A stretch of 64,000 bases of DNA from Eledone cirrhosa (taxonomy: Eukaryota), in the NCBI GenBank assembly GCA_964016885.1, contig OZ024749.1, positions 4,030,001-4,094,000 on the forward strand, in the 5' to 3' direction. Below are positions 28,997 through 43,845 of the stretch, in pieces. Within the stretch, counting starts at the first letter, position 1; each line of letters starts with the position of its first letter. The notes under the pieces were generated by a model. That model searched no databases. It was given only the letters and a program-made list of their open reading frames with translations, and was not told where the DNA came from. The translations under genes were made by a program, and so were the position numbers.

Positions 28997-29037
28997 TATT
29001 ATCTGAAGAAGAATTCGTGACCGAAACGTAAAGACAG
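28997..29037 (+). ncRNA. Minimal PLE-type hammerhead motif, family G (degenerate)
   Basis: CTGAAGA AGAATTCGTGACC GAAA CGTA with palindromic ACGT stem III. Stems I and II are weak. Confidence 0.4.
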
Positions 29038-29129
29038 TTTCCCTTCTATTTCAAGCGTTAAACTAATATAATTCTTCAATGTATGTGTCATTTCAGTTTA
29101 ACCTTTACATATATACATACATATATACA

Positions 29130-29231
<102 letters not shown>

Positions 29232-29779
29232 TATACATATGCATACAAATATATATATATAGTAATAATAATACATTTGAAGACTAAAATCCAAAGAGGG
29301 CTCGATAAATATATCAAATATATCAAATATATCAAATATATATCAAATATATATCAAATATATAAGAACCGTATATTTGAATGTTTATGTTATGGCGTAT
29401 AACTTTCTATATTCTGATACTCTGGTTTCTTATGGTTTGGCTATGAGTATACGGGAGTTTTGCGTCTGTGTGAGTATGCTGGTTCGTACGTATGTAGGGT
29501 GTCTGTATATGTGTACTTTATGTTTTGGGTGACTTATGTCTCCGAAAATTCGTGTATTTACATGTAGGTATGTGTGTGCGCTTGTTATATACGTATTTAT
29601 TTATTTATATACGCTTCTATACACGCATACACACACACATATTTATATGTGCGTGGTTTTGTATACCTATGGTAAGTGTTTTGCGTATGCTTGTGTATGT
29701 ACGTATTTGTTTGCGTGTATGTATTTATTTAATTTCTATTACTTCTGTATTGTATTTATTTACTTTGTTCTTAACTCAG

Positions 29780-30236
29780 TAGCGGAGATTCATTTGGTCT
29801 CCTAGTTAGAGTTTTAGTCTACGACTTCTGCTATACCATTTACGTGGTTTTGTCTTTGCGTGCTATTGTTCTCCACGCTCCACATATGACGTTTTATCTT
29901 TGTTTTTTTCGTTCATTGCCAGAGAACGTCTCTATGAACCCCCTAACAGAACATTAGTCTACGACCTCTTTTATACCATAAACATGGTTCTGTCTTTGCG
30001 CGTAATTGTTTTTCACCGCTCCTATTAATGACGTATTATATTCGTTTTTTCCCGTTCTTTGCCAGGGAACGTTTCCCCGAACCAAAGTATCGACTTCCTG
30101 TCTTCCTCCGGTTGCAACGTTTTTTGAAATATCCAGTTCTGCGTTTACAGATTGACTTTGTTAGTTTCAGAAGATCCTGTTAAGAGTGAAAGCAGCGATT
30201 CTTTGCTTAAACTTTAATCTGTCATTTTAATAAATA
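29780..30236 (+). mobile_element. Second copy of family H
   Basis: Colinear with 7330-7762. Extra 3'-end stubs at 30406-30436 and 30447-30506. Confidence 0.7.
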
Positions 30237-30513
30237 TATATATATATATATATATATAGTCCAGAAATAGCAGTCAACACGGCTTGAGCTCTGTAGTCGG
30301 GGTCATACTTTTTCCTATATATATATATATATATATATATAGTAATAATAATAAATGTGGCGAATGAAATCCGAAAGGGGTTCGATAAGGGAGAGAGAAA
30401 CAAATCTTTGCTTAAATTTTAATCTGTTATTTTAATATATATATATAAGATCCCGTTAAGGGTGAAAGCAGCGATTCTTGGCTGAAATTTAATCTGTTAT
30501 TTTAATATATATT

Positions 30514-30618
<105 letters not shown>

Positions 30619-30655
30619 ATGTATATATATATATACATATATATATGTATATATA

Positions 30656-30732
<77 letters not shown>

Positions 30733-31271
30733 ATATATCTTTAAGTCGTTTGGAAGCCTCGACAATGCAAATGGGTAAATCTCCGGGCAACAAGGTCCGG
30801 TGCCGCAGAGAGAGATGTAAGTGGGTGTACGTTGAGATGCGTGGTGTGTATAAGATGTGTGAGATGTGTAGAATGAAAGGAAGAGTATAAAGGATAAAAA
30901 TAAAAATAACAACACAAGAGAGAGCTACCTTGGGAGAGATTTAATAGTCCCTATATATTTGAGTTTATGTTGGTTGTATACCAACACCTAATATGCAGGT
31001 TGGAGCACTCGACGAAGTGCGCAGGTTGGTTTGGTTACTCCGGAGTATGACTCCAGTTCCTCAGTGAATTAACAACCAAACAAGGAAGGGGCATATCAGA
31101 GTATTGACAATATTATACACCTAACAACATATGTACTTGTCTATACCATACTAATTCAAACTGCCTGAACGAAGCTAAATTTTAATCATTTGACTTTTAT
31201 TTAAGTTTATTTTATATATATATATATATATGCACACATATATGTTTGCGTATATGTATATATATATATAT

Positions 31272-31326
<55 letters not shown>

Positions 31327-31390
31327 CACATATACGCACACACACATATATATATATATATATATAAAATATATATATACATACACACAC

Positions 31391-31429
<39 letters not shown>

Positions 31430-33677
31430 ATACATCAACAGAGAAAGCTTTAAGCCATACTCCGACCGACTTCTTTCTCACTCAACAAACATATATATAT
31501 ATAAATACTGTTTTATAGCATCATCCATTTTTACACGTGGTGATACAAATCGTTCGTTGAAATATTGTTCTGATCTAAGTAGCGCAGTAGTGCTTCTTCA
31601 AAGTTGTTTTAATATGCATCAAGTCAATTCTAACATTTATTCCAATTTCTAGATTAATTACTGTGTTCTTCGCTTTCCGAATTACGTAAAGAGAATTTAT
31701 AAATAGCCATTAATATTTTATGAATCTATTTGAAACCAGTAGGAAGCTTAACACTGAGCGCTAGATGATCTGTGGTATGTTAAAATCGTTGAACTCTCGG
31801 GAAATCTTTGTATTTCTCACAAAGTTTATTTAATCTACATTCGTATGGTCACGTGGATGTATTCAAAGGAAATAAGAGCTATCTAATAAACCTGCAATTT
31901 TCCAGCATAGATGATAAATCTAATAGATTTTATGGCATATTTTTCCCTTCTTCAAACCGGTATCTTCATAGAATTGTAAACTCTTCCTTCTTATATATTA
32001 AGGGTGAATTTTGAGAGGGTGAAACGTAATCACTTGTATCAGATATTATATGGCGAAAGTGTATAAAGTACGATATGAACCACCTGTATTAACATACATT
32101 AAACTGTCGAATTAAGTGAGAAAATCTTCAACTGACCTCCTCTTGTATAATATTAAGAAAACCTCTGTAATCTAACTATATACAGTATATGGAACTTTTT
32201 ATCTCTTATTTCAGCACAAAAAGTAAATGACTGTCGATTGTAATGTTACAACAAAATGCTGGGCACACAGGCCCAATATTTCTTCAGTCATTCATGTTGA
32301 TATTCAGCAGGATGTTCTGCTACAGTCTTCAAGATGATTGTGCCATCATTGTATCTGTCAGACCGGTGAGTATATTCAGTTCCCCAGCAAGCGACTGTTA
32401 ATGGAGATGGTGGAAACAATATATTGCTTATTCTAACGTACATCTTAAGGTGATGTCATTAAAGCTCTAAAATCGGATTTTCATGTTCAAGTTATTAAGG
32501 CATTTGAAAATCCTTCTTATTCGATCACCGTTTGTGTATCCATATCACATGTTAATGTACTTCCCTTACGCTGAAAGTTTGCAATTAATTTATGTTGTAA
32601 CATTATAAAATGGATGATTTTGTGTCATACAATTTGATACGGTTTGGGCTGGGTAGCTATCAAAATATTTGCCATTTCCAAGTTACTCAGATAATATCCG
32701 CAGCATGTTGTAAAATCAAGATATTTCCAAAGTCACATACGCGTGTCCATTTATTCTTGACTGGTGTTAAATACAAATGTTACATGAATAAATCATGCAG
32801 ATCAACCAGGTGTCTAGAAGGTTAAATCTTAAGATTTGTAAACTTCCTACTATAATCTATAAAGCTATCGCACATATACTATTTAATTTGGATAAAATAT
32901 GTTGTCAGCTACCATTTAACATAAATGTAGAACCATCTATCCGGAATTCCAATGGTCTACAGTCCGATTCTTTACAGTAGCTGTTGACCACAATATTTCT
33001 CTCCCTAACGTGATTTTAATCGATCTTCTAATGCGGATCTGTGTTTGGATTTCAACATTTTCTATGTCACATGATTATATTATACTTTATAATTAAGTAA
33101 AAAATTAACAAGTTCACCAAATATTATATTAAGTTATAAGATTAAAATCATGTTGTAAATCCTATCATAATTTGATGTTCTTTTCAAATTATTATTTTCT
33201 CATGTGATTGTTTACATAGCTAATATAGACAATAGTTAATTAGTAATGCCTTCTAATTAGAGAGAACATTATAGAAACTCAAGAACTACACATATTTACA
33301 ATATTTCAATTGGTCATTTTGTCATAGTAGTAGTAAATGTAGAGGTTCTGTGCTAACAATATAAATATTCTACAAATGATGATGGTGTTCATGCTTCTCC
33401 TATTAGTGACGCTGTTGCTGCTGTTGCTGATGATGATGACGATGATGATAGCATTGTTGATGATGAAATTAATTATGATTGGTGTTTGATTTAATTAACA
33501 TTTCGTCTATGCGAAAGTGAAGTGAACAATTATGGCATTCATAATTTTAAAAACAACGTCCAAGAAACAAGAAAAATAACAATAAATAATGTGGTTATTG
33601 TATAATTATTATTATCATTATCATTATTATTACTATTATTATTATTATTATTGGTGTTGTTGTTGTTGTTGTTATTA

Positions 33678-33723
<46 letters not shown>

Positions 33724-33725
33724 CA

Positions 33726-36700
33726 TCACTTTTATTTTCTTTCATTATTGTTTCTGAGATATATGCCGAGTGTCTTCCTGACACTCAGTGTGCATTGGTA
33801 AGCCAGTTAATACAGCACATTGATTATAATTTTAAAAAAATACTATACATATATACACATGTGCATATGCATATGTAAATACAAGGAGGGATATCAATCT
33901 TACAGAGATAGTGCTCTTTTCAATACGTGTGCAGTAACAATCTATTGCAGCTCATGCAGAGAGGGTAAACCAGGAATCATTCGCAAATATTGTTCTGTTC
34001 CTTTCTTGATCATTCCCAGTCCTCCCACAATCACTGGTATTGTAACGGCCTTGAGGTGCCACATTTTCTCAATTTCAATAAGCCGACATTTATATTTTCG
34101 TAGCTTGTCCAATTCTTGAGCCGCGATATTGTGATCACATGGGATGCTCATATCTATCAATAAACAGACCTTGTTATGTTGATCTTTTATAATGATGTCA
34201 GGTCTATTTGCTTTTAAGGTCCTATCATTATGTACAGGAAAGTCCCAGAGAATTGTTACTTTTTCTCCTTCAGTTACAGCCTCAGGGTGATGGCTGTACC
34301 ACTTGTCTTCTGCTTTATAATGCTGACATATTACCCAGTGTAGATATTGACCAACTATGTCATGTCTATATTTGTATTCTACTGGTGCTAAACATTACAT
34401 CCAGAGACTAAGTGACCCACTGTTACAACCCCAGCATTGCAGAATCGGCACTTTGGGTTATTCCGTTTCTTATCACATTGGCATTGTAATTACGAGTCAA
34501 TAAGCTTTGATCTTGGGCAGCTAAGATGAAGCCTTCACTCTCCGCCTTTAGCCCTGAACTACGTAGCCACTGATGGGTGTGCTTTTGGTCAACACCAGCT
34601 TGTTTGCTACGGGCCACATATTTGCCATGCAGAGGTTTCTGCTCCCAATTTGATGCTAATTGTCCCTCCCCGTTTGCTTTTGCCAGTGATTTTATGTGCC
34701 TAGCAGCATCAGTTGCAACAGTTTCTTTAGTCTGTTCAACCTGGGTAACAAGCATGATATCAGCAGCATATGTTTTGCTCTCCTTCAAGATACAATGAAG
34801 CTTCTTACTTCTCTCATGCCTTTCAATAAGATTCAGCATACAGTCGTTAGTTGTTTCAAGGTATTTGGCCGGTTAAAATTAGACCAGGCCATGGCCTCCC
34901 TGAGTTCTAGGAAGGTAAAGACGATCCACATCTGTTTTTGGGTGGTGCATCCTATTACAGATCAGTAGCTTACGAACTTTGGTGTCGATTCTTTTGATTT
35001 CACTCATATTCCAGTTCAACACACAGAAGCTATAAGTGACAACTGGGACAGCCAAGGAATGTATGGCTAGAACCTTGTTACGAGCGTTTAGTTCTGTTCT
35101 CAGAACTGCACGTACTCTCCTATAACATTATTTCTTTATCCTCTCTTCCATACGTGCATGCTGTATCCCAGAGCCTTCATTAATCCCTAATTATTTATAG
35201 GCTTTTCCTGCTCAAGTTCCTTTACGATTGTGTCAGCATCCAATTCAACTGAGTCTGAGTTGACAAGCTTCCTTTTCTTGAAAATGGCTTTTGCACACTT
35301 GTCAAGTCCAAACTCCATTCTGATGTCATCGCTAAACGTTTTTACTGTCAGCAAAAGGCCTTCCAGTTCGTCATTATCTTTGCAATATAGCTTCAAATTA
35401 TCCATATAAAATAGGTGGCTTATTTTTTTGTTGTCAATTCTATAACTGTACCCTGTTCTATTAAGCTCAGATGTAAGGGGTATTAAAGTTATGCAGAAAA
35501 GCAAGGGTGAAAGTGAGTCACCTGGAATAATGACATATTGTGTTTCAGGAAGTTTGAGATCACAGGTGAGATTTTGAAGATGTCCAGTGATTTCAGAATC
35601 CATTAGTGCGGTATGATGTCAAAGGCTTTTTTTATAATCGATCCATGCAGAACTGAGATGTCTGTGTTTATTATGACAGTTCTCAAGGATCATAAGATTA
35701 ATCAAAAGTTGATCTTTGCAACCATATGAACCTCGCCGGCACCCCTTTTGTTCAATGGGGAAAAGATTGTTCTTCTCCAAAAACACGTATGCTTTTTCCA
35801 TGAGAATAGAGATTAATAATTTATAAGTGGTGGACAAGCATGTTATGGGCCGATAGTTTTTTGGATCTTTGGTTTCGTTGTTCTTTGGGAGAAGGTAGGT
35901 AATGCCACTTGCTATCCAAACAGGTGTATTTTTTGGATCTTTCATAATTCCCATTAAACAGCTTGACCAATATATTGTGAGTGCACGGGAGTGAGGAAAG
36001 CCAGAAATGTGGCACCCTGTCTCTACCAGGGGATTTCCATTTATGAGATTTATTGAGTGCTGTCCTTATGTGCGCTTTAGAGATGTCTTCCCACGCCTGT
36101 TTTCCTAAATTTGTGTAGGATTTTTCCAGCCGACTAATCCAATCTACATTAGTAGTATATGTCTTTTCATCACTCCAAATCTTACTCAAGAAGTTTTCAA
36201 CTTCTTCTATGGGCGGAGGGGAGGGGTGTCTTCAATATTTATTTTTTTCCTCCCTACTTCTCTATAAAATTACTTGGCATTGGATGAGAAGCACTTATTT
36301 TGTCTGTAGAAATTGTTTCGCTTCTCGAATCTACGAATTCGTTCGGCTTTTACATGGACTCCTTGTTTCAGAGATTATTTGTTGAAACTATTGCTTCTCT
36401 AGTAGACTGTCCATATTTTCTTTTTAGCTTTCTTACCTTCTTGGATCTTATATCATTTCCAGAGGTTAACTCACTCAATAAAGATATTTCTCCTCTGATT
36501 CCCGCAATCTCCTTTTCGATTCTACTCCTCCAAGGTTCGACTTTTTGGGGGGTTTTTTTGTTGTGGTAAATAACTTGTTTCAATTACTCTAGCAGATGCA
36601 TAAATGATTTCATTTAGCTCAGTAAGATCAGGTTCTAGTTCTTCTATGATTTCTTTTGTGACAGAATTACCAATCATTATTTGTTTTCTACTTTGTATTG

Positions 36701-37546
36701 TATTTGGGAGTTTTTGAAATGGTTCTCTATCATTTATACTAGAATGACTTACTACTGCAAGCTCATTCAGTGTTTTTTGCTTTAATTCCTTCATAGACTC
36801 CCTGTGTTCTTCAGCAGATGTTTGGTTTTCAATTACTGTTTCTAAGTCCCTCTCCTGGCTATTTTCAGCGGGTTCAATAGGGCTTCTCATTTCTACGAAC
36901 ATATTTGTGATTTGGTCAGATGGAGGTCTTTCAGTACAGACTTGTGACTGGTTACTATCTCCAGGAGATTCTTCAGTTCTTTCATCATTTATATTTATGT
37001 CATTCTCCACAGCCTGCTTGATCGCAGTTAGTTCAGTGTCTGTGAGTCTATTATTTCTGAAGATATACCTCCTTACATTTCCAACTTATTTCCATTTATA
37101 TCACGTCTGCTAGCTTGATTCCGATTTTCCAGATTTTGTAGGAGTTTAAAGTGTGCCTGTCTTGTGATGGCTTACCTAATGCATAGTAATATGCATATAT
37201 TACTTCTTTATACTCTTCTCGGGTCCATATCATCGTTTTATGTTTTTCTTTTTGAAATGGTTTGGGTGGTGGATCTGGAGGGCTCGAGTTGGGGCAATCC
37301 CCGATCAAGTGACCACCGAGGTCCATAATTGGAGAAGAGTTTGTGCCAGAAGAGGACTTTTCGATCTCAGGTTGGCACCTTCCTGAGGGACGCGCTTCCT
37401 GATTAACCAGGAAAAGCGATTTGGTATTGTGTATTCATTTTTATTTGTTCATCTCGCAGTACATGCTTGCGTTAACATGGTATTGGACGTACATGGAAAG
37501 TTTCCCGGCTCTTTGGGTAGTGCATTTGTTAGCTGGCACTGAGATC
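33726..37546 (-). mobile_element. R4/Dong-like non-LTR retrotransposon (RT + RLE), about full length, decayed
   Basis: WTREEYKEVIYAYY N-terminus; KSPGRD; NYRPITCL; EQKGC; WIDYKK; GDSLSPLLF; HLFYMDNLKL; QWLRSSGLKAESEGFILAAQDQ; RPD..LIDMSIP. The 3' end abuts (TAA)n at 33600-33725. Confidence 0.88.
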
Positions 37547-38267
37547 ATTATTACTATAATAACAGTATAGTTATGGTCATTGCTGTTGTTGATTGAGGTG
37601 ATATTGTTATGGTTGCAGCTGTAAGAGGTGTACGAGAATTGTCTTAACTGTACCTGTGGTGTGAGTGGTGCTGTGTGGTGGTGGCATGGAGATTAATGCT
37701 GTGAGTGGAGGTGCTGTGAGTGGCGGTGGGTAGGGTGACATCGTAGCTTATAGGGGTTGCTTCTCCGGTGTTATTTTCTGTCTATTTTGAGTTTGAGGTG
37801 TAAATGGAAGGGGGGGGGTAGTATTCTTTTTTTTCTTCCTCTTTGTTTTGTCGTTTGTGTAGACTACATACACATACATAAATATACATTCACACGTGCA
37901 TACTTATACACACGTATGTATATACACACGCATATATATATGCCGACACATTAAACATTGGGAAGGAAGGTAGGTAGCAGTCAGTGACAGTAGTCTAAAA
38001 ATAGATTGAGGATTTACTGGTGTGAATGTGGTGGTGGGAGAGAGAAGTAATCTTTCAACTGTCCATTTTCCTTTCAAAATCTGAAATTTAGCCACAATCG
38101 ACCAAAATGTAGAAAAAAAAGAAAATTGTATTGGGGAAATATTTAAAAATGTATATGCACCTTTCACATCTTCAGCCAGGGAGATGATTGCATAATAATT
38201 AGTCGTTCTGTGCCGTGTGTAATGTTTGTCTTCATGTTAGCCCTTGTGGCGAATAAAGAAACCATTA

Positions 38268-39154
38268 TCTATATATATAAAACTGAGGATGTCTGGCTGT
38301 GTGAGTTCGAATCCATAAAGCTCGATAACCACCCAATTGACTGTTTTCAAACTGTACACATGTAATACTTATGTTTCAGGGAGTGTTCTTAGCAAAAAGA
38401 ATTCAAATATTCAATGCCCTAGGGACCGCATTAGGCGATTTAGCGATCTCTCTCTATATACTTCTTAGTTATTCCCTTTTTAAATAGATACATACATATA
38501 ACGTCGCGCCCTTATAATATCGGTCTGTATGTCTGGCCGTCTACATTACGTCACTTCCCTGAGGATGTCTGTCTGTATGTGTGCGTGTGTCTGTGAGTTG
38601 GACTCCCTTAAACTCGAGAAGTATCCAACCGATTTTTTCAAACTTTACATGTGTATTATTTATGTTTCAGGGAGTGTTATGCACAAACAAAAGTCAACTG
38701 CGTTTTTCAAGATTTTTTTGGGTTTGTTGAGGCGTTACGTCAGACCGATTTCCTTGAAATTCTAACTATGTATTAGTCAGTCTCATCTTAAAACCGTAAG
38801 CAAAGAAAATCCAACTTCCTTATGGCCTAGGGCCCGCATTAGAGGAAAAACTTCTTTTTAAGCTTCTTAGGGCTTTTTGCAGGCGTTTACGTCTAGCCGA
38901 TTTTTCCCGAAATTTAAAGGCATATTATGCACATAAAAAAATTTCATTTTCTTGATCCCCTAGGGCCCGCATTAGGTGAAAACCTGAATTGTTCCTGCTT
39001 CATCGAGGAAAATCTTAAAGGTTATCAAGCCATCAGAGTATTCGATTTATTTTCTTTACATATTTTCCAGGCATACAGTTTTTCCACGTTTAGGTCTGTT
39101 GGCGCCCCGCGTTCCAAAGTACCTTATCCTGTGTAACGCCGGGTACCACTGCTA

Positions 39155-39155
<1 letters not shown>
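38268..39155 (+). mobile_element. Non-autonomous Helitron
   Basis: A|TCTATATATATAAAA 5' end. 3' end CCTGTGTAACGCCGGG hairpin, then TACCACTG-CTAG|T. A-T insertion site with no TSD. Internal repeats (38283 and 38559; CCTAGGGCCCGCATTAG-like x3). Confidence 0.8.
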
Positions 39156-39230
<75 letters not shown>

Positions 39231-39489
39231 AAGAAGCTATGTAGCCGGTAAGAGTGTCAGCACAATGAGTTGTGCCCCGAGTTAAAACAATTAAAAATCT
39301 TTTCCACCATCAATTGCTAAAAAAACAATTTAAAATCATTTAGTCGTCCATTCGTAATGTACATTACGCTTTAGTTACACATCTACACGTAAAACACTGT
39401 AGTGATGTGTGTTGTGTCCATTTAGGGTTTACCACCTACATAGCCTTTTCGCAGTACTATAAAAAGAAAAAGGGCGCTGGAACTTTCGA

Positions 39490-39770
39490 TTAATAATATG
39501 TAGGCAGGCATTGCCGCTGGTGATAGAGAGATTAAGGTTCTGGAATAACCAAGCATCCTCGCGGTAAGACAAGCCGCTAACATTAACAAGAAGTTGTCAA
39601 TGGCTCAGCTTCCCTAAACGTCTCCAACTCCACAGGCTGGAAAAATAGTTTACTGATAATATATAATAATTAGAATTTTATTCTGTTCTGCTACGGGTGC
39701 AGTGAGGTTCACCTTTACCACACGGGACCTGGGAAGGTGCAATAGAAAGTCGTGTATTTCCTGAAATATA
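39490..39770 (-). pseudogene. Decayed CRE-clade endonuclease fragment
   Basis: FFQPVELETF..., REDAWLFQNLNLSITSGNA. Same motif class as 20030-20203. Confidence 0.55.
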
Positions 39771-40805
39771 ATTACATTTTTCAATTAGTAACGTTCAGGT
39801 GAGGAATACCTGTCTGTGACAACGAGGTTTTGTCATCGTCAACATTTCGTCTTACCGAAGTATCAGTTGATGCTTGTGAGGGTGCTTGGCTGTTTTAGCG
39901 AATTAGTATCGCCATCACCTACGATAATACTGTCAGTGTTTTGAGTTACTTAAACATTACCTGCTGCAATGTGTAATAGAAAGTGCATTTGCCTTTTCGA
40001 CTAATTGTTGTTGTTTACTTGCATAAATAAATTATATAAACTGTTAGTCTTTTGATAAACCTTATTAATTTCTTTTAAGTAAACACTTGACCAAATCGAA
40101 TCAGTATATCATTGATACATAGTGTTACTAACTACAGATGGATCAAAGGTGGCGAATTGTTATTGTCATTATAGCACCAGATAAAAAGGTTTTTGATATT
40201 CATATCAATTATTGCGGCATTGAGTTCCTTCGATGTTAACTTTGGACGTCCCCCTCGCAAGTATTGGTTTTGACCCTCCACACCCTGGCTCACCAATAGC
40301 TAAAGTTAGCACTGGGTCAAACCCGCAATTGACAGGTGAGCCTACAGCATGTGTTATCGATCACTGAGAGCTGAAAGGCAATGATCAGATTATGCGGAAG
40401 GTAGGGCAATAGCGATATATATTCTTACCAACTCTAGCGAAAGATTAAACAATCAAAGAAACGTAGGTGTTAAATTTTCAGATACATCATCCGCATGACA
40501 AACAATAGTTAAGTTTGTGTAGTCATATTTAATTAATGTTCTGAGTATTAAAATCACAAGTAGAACATTATTTTACTCAGGTATCCTGCAATAGAACCAA
40601 TCAACAATAATACAAAAAACACATTAACCGCTAAAGACGGAGAAGAAAAATAAAAGAAGGTATATTCCTATTTTAAGTTCGATTAAACTAACAACGAAAT
40701 TCTCAGACGGGAAATCGAAAACCTTAACGTAAACAACGAAACGAAAGTAGTTTCTGGTGGAAATAATTTTTTTTTTTTTTTTTGGCACAAGGCCTGCAAT
40801 TACCT

Positions 40806-41095
40806 CATGCATAAGGTATGTATATACGTTCAACAATCTGGCAGGAAGGTATAGGTTGCTGACGATAGCTAATAAGCTTGAAACTAGTACAGCGTTCCTT
40901 TGTCAGTGTTGAACAGACGAGCAACGATGGTTGCTGGACACTACGGCTTAATACAGGATGTTTGTTTACAAACACACCGAGCATTATAATAAATGTTCGG
41001 TGAATCCTTACATAGATATATATATGTGTGCATGTATGTATATATATATATACATACTACTGTACGTCTATATACATGTATGTATGTACGTGTAC
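40806..41095 (+). mobile_element. Dispersed family A copy with HHR at 40842-40900
   Basis: CAGGAAGGTATAGGTTG CTGACGA TAGCTAATAAGCTT GAAA CTAGTA CAGCGTTCCT. Core identical to 355-413 while flanks have diverged. Confidence 0.75.
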
Positions 41096-41127
<32 letters not shown>

Positions 41128-41236
41128 GCTTTGTATTCGACATGCACATAATAAAATATATGGAACTCTTTTCAACTCTTTTAACCATGTTTTAATTTCT
41201 TTTTTATCAAAGTGTTCTACAATATTACTCACCTTC

Positions 41237-41302
<66 letters not shown>

Positions 41303-41304
41303 TG

Positions 41305-41336
<32 letters not shown>

Positions 41337-41689
41337 CATGTGTGTGTGTGTGTGTGTGTGTGTGGAGCTGTGCGTAACTTAGCAATATATTACTTAACTA
41401 TTCCTATTGATCAAAAATACTTGGTGGTGTGTCTGTAATTAAAACATGCAATATCGAGGGGGATCAGCTAGTTCAATATGAATATGGAGGATGTAGTGAA
41501 ATAGCCACATCTTTTAGAGGGAGTGAATTAGGATACTGGTTTACACTGTCATTGATTCCTGGCAATGTTCACAGGCGAAATATTAAGAGAAATGCAAATG
41601 CGATTATTGCAAAATTTGACACAGTAGAAATGGTGGAATTGGATTTCAAATGGAAATCGAAACGACTTGGATTGTTTTGTGTTATGATA

Positions 41690-42692
41690 TGATGTGATAT
41701 GGTGAGGTATGGTGTGGTGTGGTGTGGTATGCTATGGTATGGTGTGGTGTGGTATGGTGTGGTATGGTGTGGTGTGGTATGGTATGGTGTGGTATGGTGT
41801 GGTATGGTGTGGTGTGGTGTGGTATGGTATGGTGTGGTATGGTGTGGTACGGTGTGGTGTGGTGTGGTATGGTATGGTGTGGTATGGTGTGGTATGGTGT
41901 GGTGTAGTATTGTATGGTGTTGTGGGGTGTCTTGTGGTCTGGTGTGGTATGGTATGGTGTGGTGTTGTGTGGTGTGGTGTGTTGTGGTATGGTATGGTGT
42001 TGTGGTATGGTGTGGAATGGTGTGGTATGGTGTGGTGAGGTATGGTGTGGTGTTGTGGAGTGTGGTGCGGTATGGTATGGTATGGTGTGGTGTTGTGGGG
42101 TGTGGTGTGGTATGGTATGGTGTGGTGTTGTGTAGTGTGGTTTGGTCTGGTATGGTGTGGTTTGGTGTGGCATGGTGTGGTGTGGTATAGTGTATGTGGT
42201 ATGCTGTGGTGTGGTATGGTGTGTTATGTTATGGTGTGATATGGTATGGTGTGGTGAGGTATGGTATGGTGTGGCGTGGTATGTTGTGGTATGGTGTTGT
42301 GTGGTGTAGTGGGGTGTGGTATGTCGTGGTATGGTATGGTGTGGTGTGTGTATGGTATGGTGTGGTGTGCTGCGGTGTGGTATTGTGTGGTATGGAATGA
42401 TATGGTTTGGTGTGTTGTAGTGTGGTGTGGTATGGTATGGTGTGGTATGGTATGGTGTGGTGTGGTATATTGTTGTGTGGTATGATGTGGTATGGTATGG
42501 TGTGGTATGGTTTGGTGTGGTATGGTATGGTGTGGTGTAGGGTGGTGTAGTATTGTGTGGTATGGTATGGTGTGGTGTGGTGTAGTGTGTTGTGGTATGG
42601 TATGATATGGTGTGGTGTAGTATGGTGTGGTATGGTTGGTTGGGGTGTGGTATGGTATGGTGTGGTATGGTGTGGTATTGTATGGTATTGTG
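41690..42692. repeat. Pentanucleotide satellite (TGGTG/TGGTA)n
   Basis: About 1 kb of degenerate TGGTR units. Confidence 0.95.
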
Positions 42693-42829
42693 GCAGTACA
42701 TAAGAATATGCGCTGTATCATGCTGGATGGCAAAAGATGTTGGGGGATATTTTAACAGAATAGTGGATGGTTTTATAAAGTGAGGGTTGTGTTGGTGTCA
42801 GGTGATATGACATTTTATGATGGTATGTT

Positions 42830-43845
42830 ATGGTGGTATGATTTGGTATACATACCTGTCGGTAGCATGGTGTGGCCTTACAATTGTGTGGTATGGTGCG
42901 TTATGATGGTATGGTTTATATCGATGGTATGATATGGTACAATGGTATATACTTATTGGTAGCATGTTGTGGCATTACAATTGTGTAGTATGGTGTGTTG
43001 TGATGGTATGGTTTATATCGATGGTATGATATGGTATAATGGTATACACTTAGTGGTAACATTGTGTGGCATTACAATTGTGTGGTATGGTGTGTTATTA
43101 TGGTATGGTTTATATCGATGGTATGATGTGGTATTATCGTATAGACTTGTTGGCAGAATGGTGTGGCATTACAATTGTGTGGTATAGTGTGTTGGATGGT
43201 ATGGTTTATATCGATGGTATGATGTGGTACGTGGTATATACTTGTTGGTAGCATGGTGTGGCATTACAATTGTGTGGTATGGTGTGTTGTGATGGTATTG
43301 TTTTTATCTATGGTATGATGTGTTATCATGGTATACACTTAGTGGTAGCATCGTGTGGCATTACGATTGTGTGGTATGGTGTGTTATGATGGTATGATTT
43401 ATATCGATGGTATGATGTGGTATCATGGTATATATTCGTTGGTAACATGGTGCGACATTACAATTGTGTGGTATAGTGTGTTGTGATGGTATGGTTTATA
43501 TCGATGGTATGATGTGGTATACTGGTATATACTTACTGGTAGCATGGTGTGACATTACAATTGTGTGGTATGGTGTGTTGTGATGGTATAGTTTATATAT
43601 GTGGTATGATATGGTATAATGGTATACACTTATTGGTAACATGGTGTGGCATTGCAATTGTGTGGTATAGTGGGTTGTGATGGTATGGTTTATATCGATG
43701 GTTTGATGTGGTATACTGGTATATACTTGTTGGTAGCATGGTGTGGCATTACAATTGAGTAGTATGGAGTGTTGTGATAGCATGGTTTATATCTGTGGTA
43801 TGATATGGTATAATGGTTTACAGCTGTTGGTAACATGGTGTTATA
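42830..43845. repeat. 97-bp minisatellite, about 10 copies
   Basis: CAATTG anchor at 42881, 42978, 43075, 43172, 43267, 43364 (CGATTG), 43461, 43558, 43655 and 43752. Confidence 0.92.

Noticed and set aside
32215-32365. Possible host exon (TTTCAG acceptor, GTGAGT donor)
   Set aside because: Stops in all three frames and no partner exons. It could be a non-coding exon but cannot be supported without RNA data.
41429-41692. 87-aa non-repetitive ORF
   Set aside because: GTG start, no recognisable domain and no splice context. Compatible with chance.
42830-43845. CRISPR-like regular array
   Set aside because: The whole 97-bp unit is repeated with no unique spacers, there are no cas genes, and the context is eukaryotic. 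The same applies to the stub array at 44645-44835.
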